Source: Alphaproteobacteria bacterium
Lineage (GTDB): Bacteria; Pseudomonadota; Alphaproteobacteria; UBA7887
Reading direction: 5' to 3'
DNA: 64,000 bases
Assembly: GCA_965216755.1 (NCBI GenBank)
Contig: CBDCGL010000011.1
Location: forward strand, 3,776,001-3,840,000
Shown here: in pieces, positions 42,172 to 50,872 of the stretch
Position numbering within the stretch: the stretch's first letter is position 1
How the letters are laid out: each line of letters starts with the position of its first letter
Program-made: the position numbers and the translations under genes
The notes under the pieces: model-generated
Databases searched by the model: none
The model's input: only the letters and a program-made list of their open reading frames with translations
What the model was told of the DNA's origin: nothing

Positions 42172-43175
42172 GGCAGCACCAGTGAATCGTCGGCGCGAAG
42201 ACCGGAAAGGACTTCGACGCCATCGGGCATATCGGGAAGCGCGAGCACCTGTCCCCGCTGCACGGGTACGTCCAGGGTAGTGCCGTCGGTGGTGACGGTC
42301 GCATAATCGACGCCGAAGCGCGTGCTGAGATAGGCGGCGGGCACGACGATCGTTGTGCGGGACCCGGTCGTCACCCAGACGCGGATCCGTTCGCCAACGA
42401 AGTAGTCGCCGAGATTTTCGACCGTGGCGTCGGCGATCACGCGGCCATCAACCAGTTCGGGGTAAACTGTGACAATTTGGCCGAACCGAGCGGGTGTGCC
42501 GCTTTCGACATCGATGTCTGTTTCGATCGGATCGCCGACCGCAAGAAACCGCGCGTGGCGTTCGGGCAGGCGCAGCCTCAGCACATAGTCGGCCTCCGCA
42601 ATCATGGCGATCGGTTCGCCGGCCATGATGACCGCCCCGGCGATGACCGGTACCGACAACACACGTCCGGCCGTGGGTGCGATCACTTCGCCTTCGGCGC
42701 GTTGTTGGGTGATGACCCGGCGTTCCGCCTGTCGCGCCGCCAAGGCGTTGCGCGCGACGTCGACAGCGGTTTGGGCATCGTCCAAGCGCGCGCGCGGAAT
42801 CGTCCCACGCCCGAACAGGTCTTCGGCCCTGGCCAAATCGGTTTCTGCCTGATCGCGCTGCGCGCTGAGGCCGGCGATCTGCGCGTCGATCGATTGCAGT
42901 TGCAGCGCCAGTTTTGCGTCGCCGACCACGGCAATCACCTCGCCGGCGCGCACAGCGGCGCCTTCATCGATCAAAAGGCTAGCTATCGTGCCGCCAATGC
43001 GTGCGCGCGCGGCGATGACGTTTGCGCTTTCGACGGTGGCGAACACCGCCTTCCTGTCCGCGACTTGGCGCGGCGAAACATGGAACGATTCGGCGCTGGC
43101 TGCGCCCACCGCCACAAACGTGCTGGCGATGAGCGGAGCTACCAAAACGCGAGAAAGGGCCCGGACGTTAAGCAT
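42168..43175 (-). CDS. RND periplasmic adaptor (MFP) subunit
   Basis: Signal/anchor, lipoyl-like halves (ARARIGGTI..EG..V.AG; APTAGRV) and a coiled coil. ATGA overlap with the permease gene. Confidence 0.9.
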   Translation of the reverse strand: MLNVRALSRVLVAPLIASTFVAVGAASAESFHVSPRQVADRKAVFATVESANVIAARARIGGTIASLLIDEGAAVRAGEVIAVVGDAKLALQLQSIDAQIAGLSAQRDQAETDLARAEDLFGRGTIPRARLDDAQTAVDVARNALAARQAERRVITQQRAEGEVIAPTAGRVLSVPVIAGAVIMAGEPIAMIAEADYVLRLRLPERHARFLAVGDPIETDIDVESGTPARFGQIVTVYPELVDGRVIADATVENLGDYFVGERIRVWVTTGSRTTIVVPAAYLSTRFGVDYATVTTDGTTLDVPVQRGQVLALPDMPDGVEVLSGLRADDSLVLP

Positions 43176-43521
43176 CTCGATCCTCTCTTCCGTTGTCGGT
43201 GCAAAGATTGGCGGCATGGGCGGGCGCGCAGAAACTGCGATAAAGCGTTTCCACGAGAGCTCGGGCGGGGGCGCTGCCGATCCGGTAATAGATGGTTTGA
43301 CCCTCACGCCGGGCGGCGACAATGCCGTCTTTGCGCATGAGCGCCAAATGCTGAGACGCGCTTGACGGCCGAATGCCAAGCAGGGCCGCAAGCTCGGTCA
43401 CCGAACATTCGCCGTCGGACAACAGGCAAACGATCATCAGTCGATGGCGGTTGGACAGGGCCTTGAGCAGCTCAGTGGCTTGGTTGGCGGCGCTGGCCAT
43501 GTGTGGAATTTGTATATTCAT
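43168..43521 (-). CDS. ArsR/SmtB repressor of the BigR/SqrR (persulfide-sensing) type
   Basis: LLKALSNRHRLMIVCLL, SQHLALMR, RREGQTIYY and LYRSFC. Both BigR/SqrR-type cysteines (alpha2 and alpha5) are present. Confidence 0.87.
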   Translation of the reverse strand: MNIQIPHMASAANQATELLKALSNRHRLMIVCLLSDGECSVTELAALLGIRPSSASQHLALMRKDGIVAARREGQTIYYRIGSAPARALVETLYRSFCAPAHAANLCTDNGREDRDA

Positions 43522-43557
43522 AGTTGCGAATATACGGATTTACGATTATATTGACAA
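43512..43557 (-). promoter_or_regulatory. SqrR/BigR-type operator overlapping a sigma-70 promoter
   Basis: Perfect GTATATTC-N8-GAATATAC (43512-43535; core ATTC-N8-GAAT). Minus-strand TTGTCA-N17-TATATT spans 43557-43529. Confidence 0.75.
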
Positions 43558-43629
43558 GTGCCCGGTCGGTCGGCGCGACGCGGTGATCGGAATGGGCGCG
43601 AAATCTTGTCGAAATCGAAGGATTGAGTC

Positions 43630-43839
43630 ATGACTTTCACATTAGACCGGGCCGTTCTGGCGTTCGCCGGATTTATGGTGTTGGCAAGCGCCGCGTTGTC
43701 TTATTTCGTTCATCCGGCATGGATATTGTTGACCGTGTTTGTCGGGGTCAACTTGATCCAATCGGCGTTTACACGCTTTTGCCCGGCCGCCAGTTTCTTC
43801 AAATGGCTTGGTATAAGATCGGGCAACGCATTCGGCTGA
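43630..43839 (+). CDS. DUF2892/YgaP-like membrane protein
   Basis: DRAVLAFAG, FVGVNLIQSAFTRFCPA. Confidence 0.88.
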   Translation: MTFTLDRAVLAFAGFMVLASAALSYFVHPAWILLTVFVGVNLIQSAFTRFCPAASFFKWLGIRSGNAFG

Positions 43840-43938
43840 TTCGCCGATAACCGACGGCATTAAGGCGACCGGCCCTTGCGATTGTCTTGGCGACGATCGC
43901 CGGGCCGCGCCGCCCTGCTTTTCTCAGGGGTTTTCCGA

Positions 43939-44673
43939 ATGACAGACCGTTCTTTGACGTCGTATGCCGTGTGGGATCGGCCGACACGACTATTTCATTG
44001 GGTCAATTTTGTTACCGTGGTGGCGCTGGCCACGGTTGGCACGGCAATCCTTTACGCCAAGGAACTCGGCGTGACCAACGACGGTAAAATCTTGCTCAAG
44101 ACCGTCCACGTCTGGTTCGGCTATGTCTTTGTGATCAACCTGCTGTGGCGCGTGATATGGGCGTTCATCGGCAATCGGTATGCGCGCTGGCGATCGCTGT
44201 TGCCATTTGGCCCCGGATTCGGACAGGCTTTGTCGGCCTATCGGGACGGGCTGGGGCGTGCCGACGGACCACGGTATCTCGGCCACAATCCGATCGGGCG
44301 CATGATGGTGGCGGTTCTGCTTTTGCTACTCATTGCGCAGGCGGTGACCGGGATCGTGTTGGCCGGAACCGATATTTACTACCCGCCACTCGGTTCGTGG
44401 ATCGCCAATTGGGTGGCGGCCGCCGGCGTCGATCCGGCGTCTTTGGTGCCGTATGACAAAACCGGAATCGATGAGGCCGCATGGGAAGCGATGCGCGGGT
44501 TTCGCACACCGTTCATCAGCGTCCACTATTGGGTTTTCTATGGATTGTTGGCCGCGGTGGTTGTGCACATAGTCGGCGTGTTGGTAACCGAATTGCGCGA
44601 AGGTGGCGCCATTGTCTCGGCAATGTTTACCGGTCACAAGACCTTCGACCATCCGCCGGTGGACGCCGATTAG
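43939..44673 (+). CDS. Di-heme cytochrome b (Ni/Fe-hydrogenase b-type/b561 family)
   Basis: VWDRPTRLFHW, HVWFGY, GHNPIG, H...H in the last TM and SAMFTG. Confidence 0.88.
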   Translation: MTDRSLTSYAVWDRPTRLFHWVNFVTVVALATVGTAILYAKELGVTNDGKILLKTVHVWFGYVFVINLLWRVIWAFIGNRYARWRSLLPFGPGFGQALSAYRDGLGRADGPRYLGHNPIGRMMVAVLLLLLIAQAVTGIVLAGTDIYYPPLGSWIANWVAAAGVDPASLVPYDKTGIDEAAWEAMRGFRTPFISVHYWVFYGLLAAVVVHIVGVLVTELREGGAIVSAMFTGHKTFDHPPVDAD

Positions 44674-44676
44674 GCG

Positions 44677-45150
44677 TCAGGGTGTTTGGTTGGTGTCTGC
44701 GCGGCCTTGAATGACCGTGCCGGCGACGCGGCGCGTTTGGCCGCGCACCATGGCAACAAGGCGGCCATTGCCCGCGGTGATTCGAATGTCGTAGACGGCG
44801 TTACGGCCGAAGACGGTTTGTTCTTCGGCCGCCGCGGTAAGGCGCTCACCTATTGTGGCGCTAGCAACAAACGTTATGGTCGCGCCGACCGCCACGGCAA
44901 CCTGGTTGTAGGCGTTCGAGGCATAGGCCATGGCCGCGTCGGCAATGGTAAACAAAACGCCGCCATGACACAGGTCGTGACCATTGACCATGTCATCGCG
45001 CACGGTCATGGTGATCGTGGCTTGTCCGGGCCCGACGGTCAGAAGTTCCATGCCGTGGGCTTGGAAAACATGGTCCCGCGGCATCATGTCGTCGGCGACC
45101 GCCTGGGCCAGTGCCTGCGGATTCTTGGGGGGCTCGACCATACCGGTCAT
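44677..45150 (-). CDS. paaI: Phenylacetyl-CoA thioesterase PaaI
   Basis: MVNGHDLCHGGVLFTIADAAMAYASN hot-dog fold motif, downstream of paaG. Confidence 0.88.
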   Translation of the reverse strand: MTGMVEPPKNPQALAQAVADDMMPRDHVFQAHGMELLTVGPGQATITMTVRDDMVNGHDLCHGGVLFTIADAAMAYASNAYNQVAVAVGATITFVASATIGERLTAAAEEQTVFGRNAVYDIRITAGNGRLVAMVRGQTRRVAGTVIQGRADTNQTP

Positions 45151-45938
45151 GTGCCCGAAAAGTTCGGCGGTCGTTTCTCCAGGAATGCCTGGATGCCCTC
45201 GCGATAGTCATTCCCCATCCCAGCGACCCGTTGCAAGTCACGCTCCAGATCTAGTTGTGTATCCAAATCATTCGCCAGCGAGGCATAAAGCGCACGTTTG
45301 ATCAGGCCGATTGTGCGTGTCGGTTGCGTGGCCAAGGTGCGTGCCAGGTTGGCAACTTCGTCTTGCAAGGCGTCGTCGTCGACACAGCGCCAGATCAGGC
45401 CCCACGCGGCCGCGGTCTCGGCGTCGAGGGGCGCGCCGGTCATGGCCAGAGCCATGGCGCGTTGCAGGCCAACCAGACGCGGCAGCAAAAACGTCCCGCC
45501 GGCATCCGGCACCAGACCGATCTTGACGAATGCTTGGATGAAGCTGGCCGACCGGGCGGCCAGAACCAGATCGCAACCGAGCGCGATATTGGCACCGGCA
45601 CCGGCCGCGACGCCGTTGACAGCGGCGATCACGGGCATGGGCAAGCGTCGCAAGGCACGCACAAAGGGGTTGTAGTTTTTGTCCAGCCCGGCCCCGAGAT
45701 CGACGGTCTCGTCCGCCGGAAACTTGCGCTCGCCAAGGTCCTGACCGGCACAAAAGGCGCGGCCGGCGCCGGTCAACACCAACGCCCGCGCGCCGTCCGA
45801 CTTCACCTGTTTCAGCGCCTGGCGCAGTTCGACATGCATGGTGGCAGTAAAGGCATTTAGCTTGTCGGGCCGATTGAGGGTGATGGTGGCGACGTTGTCG
45901 GCGCAGTCCAACAGGATGGTCTCGAAAGTCATGGTCAA
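45147..45938 (-). CDS. paaG: 1,2-epoxyphenylacetyl-CoA isomerase PaaG
   Basis: Crotonase fold, FCAGQDL, YNP, AAGAGANIAL, GLVPDAGGT (catalytic Asp). Confidence 0.88.
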   Translation of the reverse strand: MTMTFETILLDCADNVATITLNRPDKLNAFTATMHVELRQALKQVKSDGARALVLTGAGRAFCAGQDLGERKFPADETVDLGAGLDKNYNPFVRALRRLPMPVIAAVNGVAAGAGANIALGCDLVLAARSASFIQAFVKIGLVPDAGGTFLLPRLVGLQRAMALAMTGAPLDAETAAAWGLIWRCVDDDALQDEVANLARTLATQPTRTIGLIKRALYASLANDLDTQLDLERDLQRVAGMGNDYREGIQAFLEKRPPNFSGT

Positions 45939-46714
45939 CGGCCCTTGAATGTGGCTGGTCGTTTTTCGATGAAGGCAGCCGTGCCTTCGTCCTTGTCTTC
46001 GGTCGCAAATGTGACGTTGAACGCGCGCCGTTCATAGTCGAGCCCGGCGGACAAGGGCGTATCATAAGCACGCAGCACCGCGTCTTTGGCCATACGCAAG
46101 GCGATTGGGCCCTTGCTTGCGATTTTTTCCGCCAAGTCCAGGGCCCGCTCAACAGTCAGCTCCGCCGGCACGACCTCGGCCACCAATCCGGCCCGCATGG
46201 CTTCCGCGGCGTCGATAAACTCGCCCGACAAAACCATTTTCATGGCTAATGATTTGCCGATGGTGCGGGGCAGACGCTGGGTGCCGCCGGCGCCTGGGAT
46301 CAGGCCCAAATTGATCTCCGGTTGACCGAATTGGGCGTTGTCGCCGGCGATGACGATATCGCTGTGCATGGCCAACTCACAGCCACCGCCCAGACAAAAG
46401 CCGTTGACAGCCGCGATCAAAGGCTTGGGAAAATCGCGCACCGTTTGCCAATTGGTCAGGCGTGTATCGGAAACGATCGACACCAGATCATGGGCATTGA
46501 GTTCGTTGATGTCGGCACCGGCGGCGAACGCGCGGCCGTCCCCGGTCATGACCACACAACGGACGTCGTCGTTGGTCGCGGCGTCGCGCAGCGCGGTGGC
46601 CACCTCGCCCATCAATTGGGCGCGCAGCGCGTTGAGCTGTTTGGGCCGGTTGAGTCGCAGCAAAAGCACGTGCGGGCGCGGCGTTGTGAGAGCAATGTCT
46701 TGGGTTTCGGCCAT
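45935..46714 (-). CDS. paaF: 2,3-dehydroadipyl-CoA hydratase PaaF (enoyl-CoA hydratase)
   Basis: AFAAGADI, GGGCELAM, FGQPEINLGLIPGAGGTQRL. GGAGGAG RBS. Heads paaF-G-I. Confidence 0.85.
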   Translation of the reverse strand: MAETQDIALTTPRPHVLLLRLNRPKQLNALRAQLMGEVATALRDAATNDDVRCVVMTGDGRAFAAGADINELNAHDLVSIVSDTRLTNWQTVRDFPKPLIAAVNGFCLGGGCELAMHSDIVIAGDNAQFGQPEINLGLIPGAGGTQRLPRTIGKSLAMKMVLSGEFIDAAEAMRAGLVAEVVPAELTVERALDLAEKIASKGPIALRMAKDAVLRAYDTPLSAGLDYERRAFNVTFATEDKDEGTAAFIEKRPATFKGR

Positions 46715-46786
46715 GGCTCCTCCTTGTTCCACCGCTGGTCTAGCGCAATCGACCCGTTCTGCAAAGTGCGCTAGGGTCGACCCGCT

Positions 46787-46891
46787 ATGATGACCCATTT
46801 GAAAGTCGTGGCGATTGCCACCGTTTTCGGTCTTGGGGCCTACGCAATTGTCTATGGCCTCGGCCTGTTGTTGACAGGGCTGACCCCGTGA
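46787..46891 (+). CDS. Candidate 34-aa single-TM small protein
   Basis: Hand translation MMTHLKVVAIATVFGLGAYAIVYGLGLLLTGLTP. Its TGA overlaps the GTG of the next gene (GTGA). Below the ORF-track cutoff. Confidence 0.5.
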   Translation: MMTHLKVVAIATVFGLGAYAIVYGLGLLLTGLTP

Positions 46892-47532
46892 CGACGATGT
46901 CGGTGATTGATCCGAAAACGTTCTTGGTCGATGGGCCCGCACGCGCCAAGCGCACCGTGATCCTGGCCCATGGGGCCGGCGCGCCGATGGACAGCCCGTT
47001 CATGGAGACCGTGGCGCGCGGTTTGGCCGAACGCGGTCTGCGCGTGGTGCGATTTGAGTTCCCCTATATGGCGGCGCGGCGGGACACGGGCGGCAGAAGA
47101 CCGCCCGATCGGGCGCCGGTGCTTTCGGATTGTTGGCGAAAAGTCATCGCGGCTTTGGTACCGGCCGACAGGCTCGTGATCGGCGGCAAATCCATGGGGG
47201 GGCGGATCGCCAGTCTGGTTGCCGACGAAAGTGATGTCGCGGGCCTGGCCTGCCTCGGCTACCCGTTCCACCCGCCCGGAAAACCAGAGCGCGTGCGGAC
47301 CGAGCATTTGGCGGCGTTGCGAACGCCGAGTTTGTTCTTACAGGGCGAGCGCGACGCGCTCGGCAATCGCGATGACGTGGCGGGCTACGCGCTTTCGCCG
47401 GCCATCACAATGCACTGGCTGGCCGATGGCGACCATTCGTTCAAGCCGCGCAAGCCGTCGGGCCGCACGGAAGCGCAAAATTTGGAGGAGGCGGTCACGA
47501 CGTTGGCCGCGTTTTGCGCGCGTCTAAAGTAA
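46888..47532 (+). CDS. Alpha/beta hydrolase (KANL3/Tex30-like)
   Basis: LAHGAGAPMDS, GGKSMGGR nucleophile elbow, GYPFHPPGK, QGERD, DGDHS. Confidence 0.88.
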   Translation: MTTMSVIDPKTFLVDGPARAKRTVILAHGAGAPMDSPFMETVARGLAERGLRVVRFEFPYMAARRDTGGRRPPDRAPVLSDCWRKVIAALVPADRLVIGGKSMGGRIASLVADESDVAGLACLGYPFHPPGKPERVRTEHLAALRTPSLFLQGERDALGNRDDVAGYALSPAITMHWLADGDHSFKPRKPSGRTEAQNLEEAVTTLAAFCARLK

Positions 47533-47535
47533 CGG

Positions 47536-48879
47536 CTAACTGGGCCTTTCCAGACCAAGGGATTTGAGCGCACGCGCCTGGCGCCGGTTGATCTTGGCGA
47601 CGTCGAATCCTTCGATCAGGCCCTCGAACATGCGGTGCCAGTTGATTTCCGCGCGCAGATGCAGAAACACCGAACCGAGCCCGACCGCCGCGCGATCCAC
47701 AAAGACAAACTCGCGTGGCGGCTTAACGCCACCAAGCCGTTTCAGGTCGGCGTGGACCTGCTGGGCAACCTCGTGGCCATAGTGGCCGGACGAACCGTCC
47801 TGGATGCGCCGGTCCCGATCCTCTAACAGCGGTGCATAGACATATTCGGCCCAGCGGTTGAGAACATCGATCACCTCGCGACTGACATTCTTGAAACCCC
47901 AGCTCTCATAGGCGTGGACGGCCAGCTCTTCGTCATCGGTTTGGAGCGCGCGGTACAGATCGATGACACCCTGAATAAAGCGGCCGTCGAAGATGCGGAC
48001 GCAGCCAAAGTCGAGCAGGTTTATGGCGTAATCGTCACGCACGGTGTAGTTGCCGAGATGTGGGTCACCGTGGATCACGCCATAGTCGTAGAACGGCACA
48101 TACCAGGCGCGGAACATATTGTGCGCCAACTGGTTGCGCACCTCGATCGGCGCGCTCTTAAAGTCCATCAGGGGCCCCCCTTCAAGCCACACCATGGTGA
48201 GCAGCCGACGCGTGGAGAGGTCGTCGATGACTTCCGGCACGTGGATGTCTGGTTCGTGTTTCAGAATGCGGCGATAAAGGCGGATGTGCCGCGCTTCGCG
48301 TTCATAGTCGAGCTCTTCGCGCAGCCGGTCGCCGATTTCCTGGTGGATCTCGCGCGGATCGATGCTTTTGTCGTAGCGCCGATAGATACCGAAAATCAGC
48401 TTAAGTTGGTTGAGATCGGCTTCGACCGCCGCGGCCATGTCGGGATACTGCAGTTTGCACGCCAAATCCCGCCCATCCAAGCCGACGGCGCGATGCACCT
48501 GGCCCAACGACGCGGCGCGCGCCGCCTTCTGTTCAAAACGGGCGAACTTATCTTGCCAATCTGGCCCAAGTTCCGTGGTCATACGTCGGCGCACGAACGG
48601 CCAGCCCATAGACGGCGCGTCGGCCTGCAATTGCGCGAGCTCACCGGCATATTCCGACGGCAGCGCATCCGGGATGGTCGACAGCAACTGGGCAACCTTC
48701 ATCAGCGGACCTTTGAGTCCGCCCAAGGCCGCGCGCAAATCCTCGGCGTGGCGGCGCCGGTCCAACGGCATGCCCAAATAGCGCTCGCCCGCAAGCCGGG
48801 CGGCCAGGCCGCCAACACGAGTCGAGACCTGGGCGTAGCGCCGAACCCGTCGGCCTATGCTCTGGTCGTCCGCGGACAC
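47536..48879 (-). CDS. ABC1/UbiB (AarF) family atypical kinase
   Basis: KGPLMKVAQ, AASLGQVH, KLQYP, EELDY, HGDPHLGN, LDFG. Confidence 0.92.
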   Translation of the reverse strand: MSADDQSIGRRVRRYAQVSTRVGGLAARLAGERYLGMPLDRRRHAEDLRAALGGLKGPLMKVAQLLSTIPDALPSEYAGELAQLQADAPSMGWPFVRRRMTTELGPDWQDKFARFEQKAARAASLGQVHRAVGLDGRDLACKLQYPDMAAAVEADLNQLKLIFGIYRRYDKSIDPREIHQEIGDRLREELDYEREARHIRLYRRILKHEPDIHVPEVIDDLSTRRLLTMVWLEGGPLMDFKSAPIEVRNQLAHNMFRAWYVPFYDYGVIHGDPHLGNYTVRDDYAINLLDFGCVRIFDGRFIQGVIDLYRALQTDDEELAVHAYESWGFKNVSREVIDVLNRWAEYVYAPLLEDRDRRIQDGSSGHYGHEVAQQVHADLKRLGGVKPPREFVFVDRAAVGLGSVFLHLRAEINWHRMFEGLIEGFDVAKINRRQARALKSLGLERPS

Positions 48880-48883
48880 CGAA

Positions 48884-50686
48884 CTAGACTTCAGCGTCGA
48901 GCTGATCGACGACGTTCTCGATCACATGCAATCCGCGCTGCCAGAATGCCGGATCGCTGGCATCCAACCCGAACGGTGCCAGAAGTTCTTTGTGACGCTT
49001 GCTCCCGCCCGCGCGCAACATGTCGAGATACTTGCTTTGAAAACCTTCCGGCGTGTCTCGATAGACGGCGTAAAGGGCGTTGACCAGGCAATCGCCGAAG
49101 GCATAAGCGTAGACATAGAACGGCGAATGGATGAAATGCGGGATGTAGGACCAATAAACCCGATACGGATCGGTCAGGCGAATGGCGGGACCCAGGCTTT
49201 CGCTCTGCACATCCATCCAAATTTCGCCCAAACGGTCGGCGGTTAGCTCGCCGCTGCGGCGTTCGTCATGGACCCGCGTTTCGAATCCGGCGAACGCCAC
49301 CTGGCGCACCACCGTATTGAGCATGTCTTCAACCTTGTTGGCTAACATCACTCGCCGCCGGCTCTGATCCGGCTCGCCGGCGAGTAAGGCCTGAAAGGTC
49401 AGCTGTTCGCCGAACACGCTGGCGGTCTCAGCCAGGGTGAGCGGCGTATCGGCCATCAATTGCCCTTGGTCACCCGCCAGCACCTGATGCACGCCGTGGC
49501 CCAATTCGTGGGCCAGCGTCATGACATCGTGGGTCTTGCCCTGATAGTTGAGCAACAGGTAGGGGTGCGCCGATGGCACGGTCGGATGGGCAAATGCGCC
49601 CGGGGCCTTGGCGGGGCGCACCGGGGCGTCAATCCAGGCCGAGTCGAAAAAGCGCTGGCCGATATCAGCGAGCTCCGGCGAAAAGGCAGCGTAGGCCGCC
49701 AGCACGGTTGCGCGGGCTTCATCCCAGGGGATGACCCGGTCGTCTTGCTCTGGCAGTGGCGCGTTGCGATCCCAATAATCGAGCGCGTCGACCCCCATCC
49801 AGCGCGCTTTGATCTGATAGTAGCGATGCGACAGGCGCGGAAAGCTGTTTCTGACGGCGCTGATCAGGGCGTCAACGACGTCATCCTCGACCATATTTTC
49901 CAAGTTCCGGTGGGAGATCGGCCGCGCATACTGCCGCCATCGGTCTTCGACTTCTTTGTCCTTGGCCAAGGTATTGGTGATCAGCGCGAAGGTCTGGACG
50001 TGGCGGCCCAGCACATCGGCGATGGCCGTGGCCGCCTCGCGACGCAGTGCGCCGTCGGGCGACTGGAGTTTGTCAAAAGCTTGCGCGCTGGTCAGGTCGT
50101 CGCCGCGCACGGGAAAACGCAGCCCCGCCATGGTTTCGTCGAACAGCCGGATCCAGGCGGCACGGCCGGCGACCGCCTTTTCATGAAGCAGTTTTTCCAG
50201 ATTGTCGTCCAATTGGTGTGGACGAAACACGCGGCAATCTCGGATCCAGGGTGTGTAGTGGGCCAGGGCTGGCGATTCGAGTTGGCGGGCCAAGACCGCG
50301 TCATCAATACGGTTGAGTTCGAGGGTGAGAAACAGCGTGTGCGTGGCAATGTCGTTGCAGCGCTCCTGTATGGTTTGGAAGAACCGGCCGACTTCGGGGT
50401 CGGCGATATCTGTGGCATAGGTCAGATAGGCGAAGCTCATAATGCGCCCCAGGATCTCGCTGAGGCCCTCATAGCGGCGGATCGCTTCGGCAAGTTCGTC
50501 GCCCATCAACGCGGCCAGGCGCCCGGCATAGGATTTTGCCAAGGCGCGGGCCTCGGCTTCGGCGGCGGTCAGTGCATCCGCCAATTCGGGCGAATCCGGA
50601 CCTGGAAACAGATCATTCAAGTCCCATTCCGGCAAGGTGCCCAGCGCTGGGCCTTGTGATGGTTCGCGAACGTCCGCAACGCTCAT
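48884..50686 (-). CDS. pepF: M3 family oligoendopeptidase F
   Basis: WDLNDLF, TLAHELGHGVHQ (HExxH), AETASVFGE, HFIHSPFYVYAY. Confidence 0.92.
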   Translation of the reverse strand: MSVADVREPSQGPALGTLPEWDLNDLFPGPDSPELADALTAAEAEARALAKSYAGRLAALMGDELAEAIRRYEGLSEILGRIMSFAYLTYATDIADPEVGRFFQTIQERCNDIATHTLFLTLELNRIDDAVLARQLESPALAHYTPWIRDCRVFRPHQLDDNLEKLLHEKAVAGRAAWIRLFDETMAGLRFPVRGDDLTSAQAFDKLQSPDGALRREAATAIADVLGRHVQTFALITNTLAKDKEVEDRWRQYARPISHRNLENMVEDDVVDALISAVRNSFPRLSHRYYQIKARWMGVDALDYWDRNAPLPEQDDRVIPWDEARATVLAAYAAFSPELADIGQRFFDSAWIDAPVRPAKAPGAFAHPTVPSAHPYLLLNYQGKTHDVMTLAHELGHGVHQVLAGDQGQLMADTPLTLAETASVFGEQLTFQALLAGEPDQSRRRVMLANKVEDMLNTVVRQVAFAGFETRVHDERRSGELTADRLGEIWMDVQSESLGPAIRLTDPYRVYWSYIPHFIHSPFYVYAYAFGDCLVNALYAVYRDTPEGFQSKYLDMLRAGGSKRHKELLAPFGLDASDPAFWQRGLHVIENVVDQLDAEV

Positions 50687-50872
50687 GGGGTGCTCCTCGT
50701 TCCTCGCATGTGATCACGCATATGGCCGCAGTTTGAAGGCCTGCCAAGTCTTTGATTGTGGCAACGCGGATTCAGTTTATGTCAAAAAACGTCTATCGTG
50801 AGGACCGCGCGAATAGGGCCGCCGGCGCCAGGCGCGTTTGCAAGATGTCGGCGCGTTCATAGGGGGGCATGC

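Noticed and set aside
50720-50748. RpoH promoter for pepF (minus strand CTTGGC...GGCCATAT)
   Set aside because: Plausible, but the match is too weak to list as a feature.
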